A stretch of 64,000 nucleotides of DNA, from contig JBPOFY010000004.1 of the NCBI GenBank assembly GCA_051252375.1, positions 1 to 64,000 of the forward strand. Direction: 5' to 3'. Made by a program: the position numbers and the translations under genes. Source of the stretch: Opitutaceae bacterium. Lineage in GTDB: Bacteria > Verrucomicrobiota > Verrucomicrobiia > Opitutales > Coraliomargaritaceae. The notes under the pieces are model-generated. The model saw only the letters and a list, made by a program, of their open reading frames with translations, ran no database searches and had not been told where the DNA came from. Shown here piece by piece: positions 1 to 11,703 of this stretch (the stretch's first letter is position 1; the number at the start of each line of letters is the position of its first letter).

Positions 1-2019
<2,019 letters not shown>

Positions 2020-2049
2020 TTGGCCGCATAAGGCACAGAATTAAGCCCT

Positions 2050-2890
2050 TTGAGTATGATTAGATTTTTTGGCGATTACGTGATCAGCACGCTTCAGCAG
2101 CGAATGCTAAAGGTTGCCAAGCCCAGCGAGTTAAATGACCCCTTCGACTTTTCTCTCGAAATTATCGACGACACTTCGCCTCAGACATTGGATGAACTAT
2201 CGAAGAACGCCGTCTTTCTAGATAATTATCAAGCTTGGCTACTGACTCGCGCTGATGAAGATTTCGATACTGTCAAAATCATACATATCTCCCGACTCCG
2301 TATCCCAATTCTATAAGGAAATCACTCAGCGCAGAGGGTTTGGAGATAAGAACTTCCGGCTTCTTTGTTTTTCCGACAGTGAAAATATTTGTAACGATGG
2401 GCTTATACTTATGTGGTCACATTATGGCAATGAGCACAAAGGCGCGTGTCTACATTTTGATATGCTCCATTTGCAGCATATCTCCAAGGTTCTAAACACA
2501 GTGAACTACCCCGGCAATCAGGAACGCGTCAGCTTAACACCAATGGATGCTTTCGATCAAAATAGCTTCATTTCGAAGTGCAAACTCGCGTATAAAACCA
2601 AATCGAAGGCTTGGGGGTATGAAAAAGAAAAACGCCTGCTTCTTTCGACCCTGCATAGTCCTATAGAAACAGACATTCAGACTGGAATGGAGTTCGTGCG
2701 CTTTCCGCCAGAGGCTATTACACAGATCGATCTCGGCATGCGAGCAACTAGTGAATTTAAGCGGAAACTACATGAGGTGCTCTCCATGGATTTGTATTCT
2801 CACGTTACAATCAAGCAGGCACGGATGCACGAAACTGAATATAAGATCGTTTTTGATCACATCTCCCATAGTGACCTCCTCGAAAATTAG
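2050..2890 (+). pseudogene. DUF2971-family protein split by a frameshift near 2275
   Basis: N-terminal PSELNDPFD motif in ORF 2050-2316; CFS, LMWSHYG..HKG and KSKAW.YEKE.R motifs in overlapping ORF 2255-2890 in another frame. Confidence 0.7.
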
Positions 2891-3095
2891 GACACCAGTG
2901 CCTTGCCATCTGATATCGCAAAGACAAACCTGTGACGATGCGACTCGTGATATGGGACTGCCAAGGTGCTTTTGATCGGAAACGATCGATCATTGAATCC
3001 CTGAAGCCTGAGCTTCTCCTCGTTTCGGGCTCCATGAGAATCAAAGTCTACACCCACCAAGAATGAAGCCCTACCTCGACTGAGAATTCCAATAC

Positions 3096-3347
3096 TTATG
3101 AACGCTCTTTAGTGAGCTTTTCAATCTGCTTATCTTTCTTCTCGATCTGCTTCTCCAGCTTTCTGATCTTATCTTCTAATTCAGCCTTTTCAACCCAAGC
3201 ACCAACACCTTTAGCACTACTTTTCAGCCAAATAATCAGTGCGACTCCTAACCCAATCAAGAGGCCAATTACAAGTGGATTTGATAGAAGTGAATTAACA
3301 GAATCATCCATAGACAGTAAATTGTAAGATTCAAAAGCATAGCACAA
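3096..3347 (-). CDS. Small membrane protein (one TM helix + C-terminal coiled coil); true start may be a little downstream
   Basis: Hydrophobic LVIGLLIGLGVALIIWL followed by K/E-rich heptads. Confidence 0.55.
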   Translation of the reverse strand: MCYAFESYNLLSMDDSVNSLLSNPLVIGLLIGLGVALIIWLKSSAKGVGAWVEKAELEDKIRKLEKQIEKKDKQIEKLTKERS

Positions 3348-3543
3348 ATATATTTATTACCTCTTAAGAGACCTAAAGGCAGTGCACCGTCAGACAATCA
3401 CTGACAATACCCGTCATCTAAGGAGAGACTCTTACGCCAAATACTATTCAATTACTGCTCTCGACTATGACCGGATTTTACTCCATCTAGTTTTAGTTTG
3501 ACCGACATGCGCCTAACGACACTTTGACTTTCAGGAACAAAAT

Positions 3544-4308
3544 ATGCTGCATTCATCCATTCTTGATTTAATTAGCTGGTTTTTTGGCGTCTGGGAGTTT
3601 TGGCTCCCAGTGCTAACATTTTTTATTGGCCTAGGCATGGGGAGTTCAGGTGCATCAGAACAGCACAACGAGCAGCTCGAACGCCTAGTTAAGAATGTAG
3701 AATACCCAAAGTCATGGCGTAAGTCGGAAATAAACATACCACTTGATGGCAGCCCTGTTAACAAGCAAGGCATGGCGGATTCTGGTCTACTAATACGAAT
3801 AGACCAAGCACATGGAAGTGGCGTCTGTATCTCCTCCCAAGGATTGGTGATAACAAACGCTCACGTCGTGGGTGAGAGTAAAATAGTAGAGGTAGAGGAC
3901 ACGAAATTCTCTTTTCTTGCGCCAGTCATTAAAAAGGATGAAGAACGAGACGTTGCAGCTCTATTTGTTGCCAATGCTGGATTAAAGCCGGTTTCGGCAT
4001 CATTAAATCCAGTAGAAGTGGGAGACGAAATTTATATCTCTGGTGCCCCTCACCGTGTAGAAAACAAAAACCTCCTAACACGTGGCGTAGTTTCTAAAGT
4101 AGGCAACTTTGACGGCTTAATGTATATACACACTGATGCCAGTATTGCACCAGGCAACAGCGGAGGACCCGCATTCAATGCAAATGGAGAACTTGTGGGT
4201 ATATCTGTAGCCATTCAGCGTAGAACAGACAACAACGACCTTAGCCATATTGGTTTAGTCATACCTATTTCTGAAATTTTATCGTCTCTAAAAATCCAAA
4301 AAACATAA
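3544..4308 (+). CDS. Membrane-anchored trypsin-like serine protease (S1C-like, no PDZ)
   Basis: GSG, TNAHVV, DVA, TDASIAPGNSGGP catalytic motifs; N-terminal hydrophobic segment. Confidence 0.9.
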   Translation: MLHSSILDLISWFFGVWEFWLPVLTFFIGLGMGSSGASEQHNEQLERLVKNVEYPKSWRKSEINIPLDGSPVNKQGMADSGLLIRIDQAHGSGVCISSQGLVITNAHVVGESKIVEVEDTKFSFLAPVIKKDEERDVAALFVANAGLKPVSASLNPVEVGDEIYISGAPHRVENKNLLTRGVVSKVGNFDGLMYIHTDASIAPGNSGGPAFNANGELVGISVAIQRRTDNNDLSHIGLVIPISEILSSLKIQKT

Positions 4309-4311
4309 AGT

Positions 4312-4857
4312 ATGCGCGACAAAATTGAAAATATTGTTAGGGGAATTCTGGGGAAACACAGTAAGGACAACTTACAGATTGATGGCATATATGTCGCACC
4401 ACATATCGAACCCAAGTATGCAAGTCGTGCTGCTAATCAATTTGGTGCAGGTGCGGAACCTGAGGACATTATCCTACTAGTCGATTACAAAAGCCTGATG
4501 AAAAAAGGCAGCCAAGGAATTATCTTAACAGATCGATGCATTTACCGGAGTGAAGATTCTAACGGCGTCCCGTCACATATTGAAATCAAGGACATTGTAA
4601 GCGTAGACTTCAAGGCTAGCGGGGCAGCTTCGATCCTATATATCAACGGTAATCCTTTCTACCCTGAACTTACAGCCCGATCTGCGAAATGCCTAGCAGA
4701 TATACTCTTTGCACTTCGCGATGAACTAAACCGTCTGTCTCAGGAAAAAGAAGACATCCCCGAAAAGCTCAGGCAGCTCGAAACCCTTCGGACAGAGCAA
4801 TTAATTTCTGACACTGAGTATAAAGAAATCCGAGCGCGCCATATGACAAAACTTTAG
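4312..4857 (+). CDS. Hypothetical protein with C-terminal SHOCT-like motif
   Basis: Starts 3 nt after the protease stop; C-terminus EKLRQLETLRTEQLISDTEYKEIRARHM fits SHOCT pattern. Confidence 0.65.
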   Translation: MRDKIENIVRGILGKHSKDNLQIDGIYVAPHIEPKYASRAANQFGAGAEPEDIILLVDYKSLMKKGSQGIILTDRCIYRSEDSNGVPSHIEIKDIVSVDFKASGAASILYINGNPFYPELTARSAKCLADILFALRDELNRLSQEKEDIPEKLRQLETLRTEQLISDTEYKEIRARHMTKL

Positions 4858-4910
4858 AGGGGCAAAAGGAGAGGGGCAAAAGGGGTCAGGCAAAAGGGGT
4901 CAGGTCAGGC

Positions 4911-5988
4911 AAAAGGGGTCATGTCGTTATGTTTGCAATTTGACATAATTTACATTGTAAGCACCCTACTCGTTTATGCCTCGCAGCTTACGCATTGAAA
5001 AGGAGAACGGAGTTTACCACATCATCAATCGTGGGAATTACCGGCAGGATTTATTTATCAACGAAGGTGCGCACCAAGCCTTTGAAGAATGCCTCTTTGA
5101 GGCCTGCGTTAAGTGCGGATGGATACTCGAAGGGTTTTGCGTGATGACCAATCACTTCCATCTAGTCGTGCGGACGCCGAAGGGGAATTTGATCTATGGG
5201 ATGAAATGGCTGCAATCGACCTTTGCGAATCGCTACCACAAGTTTCGTAAAGTGCACGGAAAGCTCTTCCAGGGGCGCTACAAGAGCTTGATCGTCGAAG
5301 AAGACGGCTATCTGGGCGCCCTGCTCCACTATACACACTTGAATCCTGTGAGAGCAGGTATGACCGATGTCGCGGGGCTGCGCGATTACCGCTGGTCGAG
5401 CTACTGGTATCTGAACCACCCTGCGAAGCGACCTGAGTTCATGGATTGTTCAGGAGCGCTGCTCGCCGCCGGAGGATTGGCTGACACGAGCTATGGCCGC
5501 GGTAAGTATCGGGACTATCTGAACTGGCTCACATCCGACAAAGCAGCTCAGGACGAAATGGCATTTGATAAAATGTGCCGTGGGTGGGCATTGGGAACTA
5601 AAGATTTCAAAAAAGCGCTCATCGCAGAAGCCGTGGACACGAGTGAAGATGAAGACGAACCAAGCAAGAAAGTTCCTCGCTACGACGGAGCCACACTTCA
5701 AGAAGCGAATGAGCTAAGATGGGAACTGGTGCTCGAACAATGCCTGGAGGCGCTCAATAAAACACCGAATGATTCGGCAAAGGATATTAAGTCAGCGGAT
5801 TGGAAAATCCTGATCGCTGCTGTCTTGAAATGTAAAACCAGCGCCACGAATGTGTGGATTGCAGATCAACTGAATATGGGAGTCCCCCACGCAGTCAGCC
5901 GCAACACAAGCACTTTCAAGCAGAACGAAAAAGACAATGAGACACCTTTCCAAGAGCTAATTGCAAACATAACGACATGACCCCTTTT
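4911..5988 (+). mobile_element. Y1-transposase element bounded by perfect 30-bp terminal inverted repeats (4911-4940, 5959-5988)
   Basis: aaaaggggtcatgtcgttatgtttgcaatt and its exact reverse complement aattgcaaacataacgacatgacccctttt flank the gene; its stop codon lies in the right repeat. Confidence 0.9.
4976..5980 (+). CDS. HUH Y1 tyrosine transposase, RAYT-like, with C-terminal HTH-like extension
   Basis: MPR..R, YHIINRGN.RQ..F, CVMTNHFHL (HUH), LFQGRYKS, Y.HLNPVRAG, YRWSSY. Confidence 0.92.
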   Translation: MPRSLRIEKENGVYHIINRGNYRQDLFINEGAHQAFEECLFEACVKCGWILEGFCVMTNHFHLVVRTPKGNLIYGMKWLQSTFANRYHKFRKVHGKLFQGRYKSLIVEEDGYLGALLHYTHLNPVRAGMTDVAGLRDYRWSSYWYLNHPAKRPEFMDCSGALLAAGGLADTSYGRGKYRDYLNWLTSDKAAQDEMAFDKMCRGWALGTKDFKKALIAEAVDTSEDEDEPSKKVPRYDGATLQEANELRWELVLEQCLEALNKTPNDSAKDIKSADWKILIAAVLKCKTSATNVWIADQLNMGVPHAVSRNTSTFKQNEKDNETPFQELIANITT

Positions 5989-6034
5989 CTCGTGTGACCC
6001 CTTTTCTCGCCGCTAAGCCCTTACTCTTTCCACT

Positions 6035-6994
6035 GTGAAAACTCGCACCTTCCCCAAAGCCAAAATCACCGCCACCGAACTCGCTCTCGGGACTTGGGCC
6101 ATAGGCGGCAACCACTACGGACCGGTCTCCGACAAGCAGGCCCACGATACCGTCATTGCCTACCTCGAAGCTGGCGGCAACTTCATCGACACCGCTCGCT
6201 CTTATCACCAAGCCGAAGATCGCATAGGGCAAACCCTCTCCGAAATGGGTAATCGCAGCGACATCATCATCGCCTCCAAAACGAAGAACGGAGGCACCCT
6301 CGAATCGATTCCACAAATACGCGAAGAACTCGAGCAATCGCTCAAAGCCCTGCGAACTGACTATATCGACATTTACCAACTCCACTCCCCCTCCGACGAC
6401 CCTGAAGTCGTCGCCGCCTCTATCGCGGAACTCGAGAAACTCAAAGCCGAAGGAAAAATCCGCGCCACCGGAGCCTCAATCAAAGGTGCCAACGTCGACC
6501 AAGAAGTCGTCGATCTCTGTAAAACCTACATCGATGCTGGAATCGAAGTCATCCAGCTGATCTACAGCATCGCTCGCCAAGAAACGTCTGGAGTTTTTGA
6601 ATATGCTCAAGCCAATGGCGTCGGCATCATCGCTCGCACCGTCCTCGAGAGCGGATTCCTGACTGGTAAATACGACCGCGATACAAAATTTTCCACCATC
6701 GACCACCGGATTCGATGGTCTCCAGAGCAAGTGCAAGGCGTGGCCGACATCGCCAATGATATCAAAATGAATCATCTAACCGCTGGCTATCAAAGCCCAT
6801 CCGACATCGCTATCAAATTTGCTCTCGCCGAACCCGCAATCACCACTCTCATCCTCGGAGCGAAAACGCCCGAGCAAGCATGCCGCAACACAGCAGTCGA
6901 CGAGCTCCCCGTTCTTCCGATTAAAACAGTTCAGCATCTAAAATCTAAGTATAGTGAGGGATGCCCCCGGTTCAACCCTACCCTACCCTACTAA
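6035..6994 (+). CDS. Aldo/keto reductase
   Basis: LGTWAIGG, NFIDTARSY, IASK, SLKALRTDYIDIYQLH, LESGFLTGKY. Confidence 0.93.
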   Translation: MKTRTFPKAKITATELALGTWAIGGNHYGPVSDKQAHDTVIAYLEAGGNFIDTARSYHQAEDRIGQTLSEMGNRSDIIIASKTKNGGTLESIPQIREELEQSLKALRTDYIDIYQLHSPSDDPEVVAASIAELEKLKAEGKIRATGASIKGANVDQEVVDLCKTYIDAGIEVIQLIYSIARQETSGVFEYAQANGVGIIARTVLESGFLTGKYDRDTKFSTIDHRIRWSPEQVQGVADIANDIKMNHLTAGYQSPSDIAIKFALAEPAITTLILGAKTPEQACRNTAVDELPVLPIKTVQHLKSKYSEGCPRFNPTLPY

Positions 6995-7087
6995 GATCGG
7001 ACCATCATCGTGTGCTTTAATCACAGGCGCGGTTAGCATTCATTGGCAGCGTCAAAGGGGTCAAGCAGCACAAAAGAGGTCAAACGT

Positions 7088-7257
7088 GAATAGCACTAAC
7101 TTAAGGAGATATTGGGTGAAAAGCTGGGGGGTTGCGCTCCGTCGCAACCGCCGATACATCGGAGCATTTAGGCGTTTCTGTGGCAATGACGGAGCATTGC
7201 CCTCCAAATGAAGTTATGAATAGCATCTCGATAGAGCCGCTTAAGTTAGTGCCATTC
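7088..7257. mobile_element. 170-bp MITE (IS4-like ends) carrying an inverted GGAG-REP pair; 11-bp target duplication
   Basis: TIR gaat(a/g)gcactaacttaag ... cttaagttagtgccattc; direct repeat aggtcaaacgt at 7077-7087 and 7258-7268. Confidence 0.88.
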
Positions 7258-7449
7258 AGGTCAAACGTTGAACCTTGAATTTTCTCCCTCACGCCTAAAG
7301 AGTAATCGGCGATTGATGGACGGTTTTTTCGACCTCTTGGGAACAAGCAAATTGGACTGTCCCTTACTAAGGTCGGTCGTAAGCTTGACCTTTGACGCCT
7401 TTCTGGTGCTCATGTCATCTTTTGGAAAAATCAAAATACGGATTAAAAT

Positions 7450-8286
7450 ATGCTTACACTTCTCATTTCAGCGCTCGTCGCACTCGCATTGGCTAGCGTC
7501 TCGATCGCTCAGCAATTTAGCACGGGGACGACGGTCTTCTTCAGCCTGGCTGGATTTGCTGGCACGTTTTTCCTGATCGGATTCCTAGTTCGGAAAAAGA
7601 TGTCCGTGGCTCAATCTGCGCTTCAGGAAAGCATGCAAGCCGGTCAGAGGCGCATACAGCGGAAGGTGCAGCAGTTCCAGAACAAGCCCGGCGGCAACGT
7701 TAAGCAAATACAACGCCAGCTTGAAATGGATCAAGAGGTCATGCTTAAGCAGGGCTTAGAGCTCACCAAGGGACTCGAACCCTTCCGGAAGTGGTCCGTA
7801 CTCACGGGACGCCAGATTGCGACCATGCGCATGCAGTTTCACTACCAGCTCAAGGAGTTCGACAAGGTTGACGAGATCCTTGCCACCTGCGGGTTCTTAA
7901 GGGGCCCGATGATGATGGAGCCCATGACGGTGGCCATGAGGATGGCGCGCTGTTATAAGAACGATGATTTGGCGGGCGCGAAAAAGCTCTACAAGCGCAA
8001 GACTATGTGGTTTCGAGGCGACCGCGGCACTTTGCTCTACGGCTTGATGTCGTGGATCTACCTTAAGGTTGGCGAGCCTAATGAAGCCCGTCAGGTCTTG
8101 TTAAAAGCCAAAGAAGCCACTGGAAACGATACCTTCAAGAAGAACTGGGAACACCTGTCGAATGATCGTGCAAAGAGTTTCTCTAATGCAGGATTGGGTG
8201 ACGAATGGTTCAGCCTCTATTTGGAGAATCCGCCCGCGGTTAAGCAGCAGCGTATGCGCGGCAATGGACATCCGCGTGGCTTCTAG
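7450..8286 (+). CDS. Hypothetical membrane protein (two N-terminal TM helices, helical/TPR-like C-terminal part)
   Basis: Long ORF, hydrophobic N-terminus, helical-repeat-like C-terminus. Confidence 0.7.
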   Translation: MLTLLISALVALALASVSIAQQFSTGTTVFFSLAGFAGTFFLIGFLVRKKMSVAQSALQESMQAGQRRIQRKVQQFQNKPGGNVKQIQRQLEMDQEVMLKQGLELTKGLEPFRKWSVLTGRQIATMRMQFHYQLKEFDKVDEILATCGFLRGPMMMEPMTVAMRMARCYKNDDLAGAKKLYKRKTMWFRGDRGTLLYGLMSWIYLKVGEPNEARQVLLKAKEATGNDTFKKNWEHLSNDRAKSFSNAGLGDEWFSLYLENPPAVKQQRMRGNGHPRGF

Positions 8287-8343
8287 CACGCTTCGTCCAA
8301 AAATACGCTTTGCGACTTTGGGCTGAGAAAGATGCCCCTCTTA

Positions 8344-8583
8344 TCATAACTCTTCTGCCCGTAAATGCTTTTTAAGCTTCTTGCGGTGCTTGGTTACCCG
8401 CCCCGATACGCGTTTTCGCCAGAGACGAAAGCTGGAAGGTTTTAATTCGTGGCGCATGACGGCGATCACCTCGGCCTCGCAGAGTCCCATCCTATCTTCG
8501 ATCTCTTCGAGTGTGGTGCGATCTTCCCACCCCATTCTCACAACTTGATTGGCAGTCTGATCGTCTAGTTTTGGTGTTTTCAT
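8344..8583 (-). CDS. TIGR03643/DUF2805 family protein
   Basis: [11 protein letters not shown]...[27 protein letters not shown]; start placed at MKTPK. Confidence 0.85.
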   Translation of the reverse strand: MKTPKLDDQTANQVVRMGWEDRTTLEEIEDRMGLCEAEVIAVMRHELKPSSFRLWRKRVSGRVTKHRKKLKKHLRAEEL

Positions 8584-8815
8584 ACGGCGGGCAGTCCTTT
8601 CATTCTCTTCGTTCGTCTGCATCGCTCCGAGCAATGCACCACTTCGTCCCAACAGTTCTCCCAGCGCTTCCTCCATGTAAATGGACGCTGACAAACAATA
8701 CATACCTTTGTCGGTAGGTTTGATTTGTGGACGGTCTTTCCTCGAAATTTCACTTAAGACACAACGGGTAACCCAGTGAAACCTTTCAATTCGGGAGAAA
8801 AAAAGGGGCAAACGC

Positions 8816-8986
8816 GAATGGCACTAACTTAAGAAGATGTTTGGTGAAACGCTGGAGGGTTGCGCTCCGTCGCAACCGCCGATAGTTCGAAGCGTTTAGG
8901 CGTTTCTGCGGCAATGAGCGGAGCATTGCCCTCCAAATAAAGTTACATATATCATCTCGATAAAGTTACTTAAGTTAGCGCCATTC
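8816..8986. mobile_element. Second copy of the MITE (171 bp), same orientation
   Basis: gaatggcactaacttaag ... cttaagttagcgccattc; flanking ggggcaaacgc (8805-8815) / ggggcaaacac (8987-8997). Confidence 0.88.
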
Positions 8987-9106
8987 GGGGCAAACACAAA
9001 ATATAAAGATTCAACCGAACCTCAACTCTGCGTATCCCTTAAACCGTGCCCGGTTCACTACACCTAGTCGCTTGACTGCGAGAGTAATCGGAGAATCCTT
9101 CAATGA

Positions 9107-9349
9107 ATGACTACGCCGACTGAGGAAAATTTCAAATACTATAAGAAAGCCGAGAACAAGGCGCTCGAAATCCTAGCGGAGATGAAGGCGGCCACTCCTA
9201 AAAAAATGGACATTGAGCTGGCGCTCCTCGTCGCGATTTTCGAGCTGCACAAAGGCGAGATGCCCGCCGAAGCGATCAGCAAAATCGTGCAAGGTCACCT
9301 GGAAACGGTTGAGCCTTATTACGCCTCCCAGGCACCGGAAGAAACTTAA
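9107..9349 (+). CDS. Small hypothetical protein
   Basis: 80-aa ORF with protein-like composition, TTGACT 35 nt upstream. Confidence 0.7.
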   Translation: MTTPTEENFKYYKKAENKALEILAEMKAATPKKMDIELALLVAIFELHKGEMPAEAISKIVQGHLETVEPYYASQAPEET

Positions 9350-9371
9350 GCAAGGGGCACGACAAAAGGGA

Positions 9372-10223
9372 TTACTCTGCGCCGCCCTTACCAAGGGTCT
9401 TGAGAATGATTTCGGCCACCTGATCACCCTGCGCGTTGCTACCTGCCTTGCTGTAATGAACATTGCCTGGCTCGCTCCACCACTTAGAATGATTGGGCTT
9501 TGTGAGCGCGAATAGATCATTGATAATGACTTCTGGATAATCCGCCAACACTTCGAGGGCGGCGTCATTGTATTTTTGGGCATCGCCCGCGATTCTTGTC
9601 GGCTTGAAGGCTCCTTCCGGCACCGGAGTGGTGGTCGCGAAGATGAGCTTCGCATCAGGCGCCAGTTCCTGCAAATACGCTAGGATGTCTTTCAAGTTTT
9701 TCTTATACTGCTCGATCGATGTCCTCGACGCGGCCTCGCTGCTTTTGCCGTCGGGTTTGATCATAGTGAGATCGTGCATACCGACGTTAAAATGAATGAC
9801 GTCCCACTGGAACGTCCAAGGCTTATCGAGCTTCTCGTCGCGCATGACATCGTGCATTGTCTTCATCGCAGGAATAAAGACGTCGGAGTAGCTCCCGTTT
9901 TTATACAAACGATACACATTCGCCTCCACTCCGATCCCCTGGCGCACTCGCTGCGTGTATCCGATTGAGATCGAATCGCCGTAGATCAGGACATTGGGCA
10001 GGCTGGAGTCGTTTTTCACATACAGAAACTCTGGTCGCTTCGAGAACCGACCGGCCAATTTATCCCACGCCGCTTTCGCAGATCCCATGTTATCTGCATC
10101 TGCCTTGCTGCCAGAATCCTTCGGCGACACACCTGTATGGTTTTCCTTCGCATGCGCCAACTGAAAGCAGCTCAACGTCAGGGTCAGTAGAAGGACGATC
10201 TGTTTCTTTAAAATCTTTTTCAT
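9372..10223 (-). CDS. Secreted SGNH/GDSL hydrolase (esterase)
   Basis: Signal peptide; LIYGDSISIGY, VIHFNVGMHD, FATTTPVP, NVHY. Confidence 0.9.
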   Translation of the reverse strand: MKKILKKQIVLLLTLTLSCFQLAHAKENHTGVSPKDSGSKADADNMGSAKAAWDKLAGRFSKRPEFLYVKNDSSLPNVLIYGDSISIGYTQRVRQGIGVEANVYRLYKNGSYSDVFIPAMKTMHDVMRDEKLDKPWTFQWDVIHFNVGMHDLTMIKPDGKSSEAASRTSIEQYKKNLKDILAYLQELAPDAKLIFATTTPVPEGAFKPTRIAGDAQKYNDAALEVLADYPEVIINDLFALTKPNHSKWWSEPGNVHYSKAGSNAQGDQVAEIILKTLGKGGAE

Positions 10224-10513
10224 AATATCTGGGTTCTCAGTCGGAAATACGTCGGTGGAGATCAATATATGTAACATATCCTACCGAAGAATCAACGTTT
10301 GCTGATCGGCTCCTATCAATATGACGAGGGGCAACAAAAAGGGGCAAACGTAGATCCGATCCCGCGTAGCGAGAGACCACCCTCATATACAGATTTAACC
10401 ACACTCCCCTCCCCCTGTCCGCTCTTCATAAGTCAATGTGACTCGTCGCGATTCGCGGAAGACATCGTGAATGAAAGACTGACAAGCAGCCAAAATGCTG
10501 CGAGAAACTTTCT

Positions 10514-11668
10514 ATGAGCATAATCAAAACATCTTCACTCGATAAGGTAAAAGGAGCAGGCATTTCACGAAGAGACTTCATTGGCGCAGCCGCTACAGGA
10601 CTGGCTGCGACCGCACTCAGTAGCTCGGCAGTCGCACAGGCGGCGGAGACGGCAGCCAACAAACACCGAGCGATTCGCTGGGGCTTTGTCGGCACAGGAA
10701 CGATCGCGAATGCTATGGCGAAAACCCTTCGACTGACGCCTGCCGGTCAATTGGTAGCCAGCTCTAGTAGAACACTGGAGAACGCCGAAGCATTCGCCGA
10801 GAAGCATGGTGCGAGTAAGGCGTTTGATTCATGGCAGGAGATGATCGAATGGGACGGCATTGACGCTGTTTATGTGGCTACGCCCACAAGTGTCCGAGAG
10901 GAGATTTGCGTGGCTGCGGCAAATGCGGGTAAACATGTTCTCGGCGAGAAGCCTTTCGCATCGTTGCCATCTGTTAAGAGGATCACAGCCGCTTGTCAGA
11001 AGAACAACGTTGCGTTCATGGATGGCACTCACTTTTCGCATCATCCAAGAACCACAACACTCAGGAGCGAGTTAGACACTCTGGTTGGAGAACGTCGCAG
11101 CCTCGACTCGGTGTTTCAGTTTAATGTCCGCGACACTTCAAACATCCGTATGCAACCGAAGCTCGAACCGATGGGCGCAATCGGTGATGCAGGCTGGTAT
11201 AATATGCGAGCCATCGTGGAATACATCGACTCGAGTGCGCAACTCGATGGAGTCTCGACCTACATAAGACGAGGTGCGGAGACGGGTGCCGTGATTGGCG
11301 CAACCGGAGTTCTGGCGTTTATGGACGGTTCCATTTCAACTTGGAGTTGTGCTTTTGACGCAGGTTCTGGGCGATCGGATCTCCGCATAGATGGTAATCT
11401 CGGCAATATCGATATGGAGAAATTCCTGAGCCAAGACAAGGACAGTTCGGCAAGCTACCGATACCGCTCACAAAAAGATCGGACAAAGCGAACCGATGAA
11501 ACCATCCGCATCGAGTCTTCGCTACCAGGTGCTGCGCTGATGTTTGAAGATTTCGCTGCTCAAGTTCACGACGCATCCTTACGCGATCAGTGGAAACAAA
11601 AGACCGAGCGAACTCAAGAGCTGCTCGATGCCGCTTGGGAAAGCGGGATTCAAAACGAGCAAGCTTAG
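10514..11668 (+). CDS. Tat-exported Gfo/Idh/MocA oxidoreductase
   Basis: SRRDFIG Tat motif; RWGFVGTGTIA, DAVYVATP, GKHVLGEKP. Confidence 0.9.
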   Translation: MSIIKTSSLDKVKGAGISRRDFIGAAATGLAATALSSSAVAQAAETAANKHRAIRWGFVGTGTIANAMAKTLRLTPAGQLVASSSRTLENAEAFAEKHGASKAFDSWQEMIEWDGIDAVYVATPTSVREEICVAAANAGKHVLGEKPFASLPSVKRITAACQKNNVAFMDGTHFSHHPRTTTLRSELDTLVGERRSLDSVFQFNVRDTSNIRMQPKLEPMGAIGDAGWYNMRAIVEYIDSSAQLDGVSTYIRRGAETGAVIGATGVLAFMDGSISTWSCAFDAGSGRSDLRIDGNLGNIDMEKFLSQDKDSSASYRYRSQKDRTKRTDETIRIESSLPGAALMFEDFAAQVHDASLRDQWKQKTERTQELLDAAWESGIQNEQA

Positions 11669-11703
11669 CTCAAAAGAGCCGACTTGAAGATGAGCATTGC
11701 CGG

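Noticed and set aside
7101..7576. ORFs 6954-7211, 7101-7346, 7268-7576, plus 20422-20916, 44594-44857 and the 5' extension of 8344-8811
   Set aside because: They run through MITE/REP DNA or overlap better-supported genes.
7088..8986. Composite transposon formed by the two MITEs around two genes
   Set aside because: Each copy has its own different 11-bp target duplication, indicating independent insertions.
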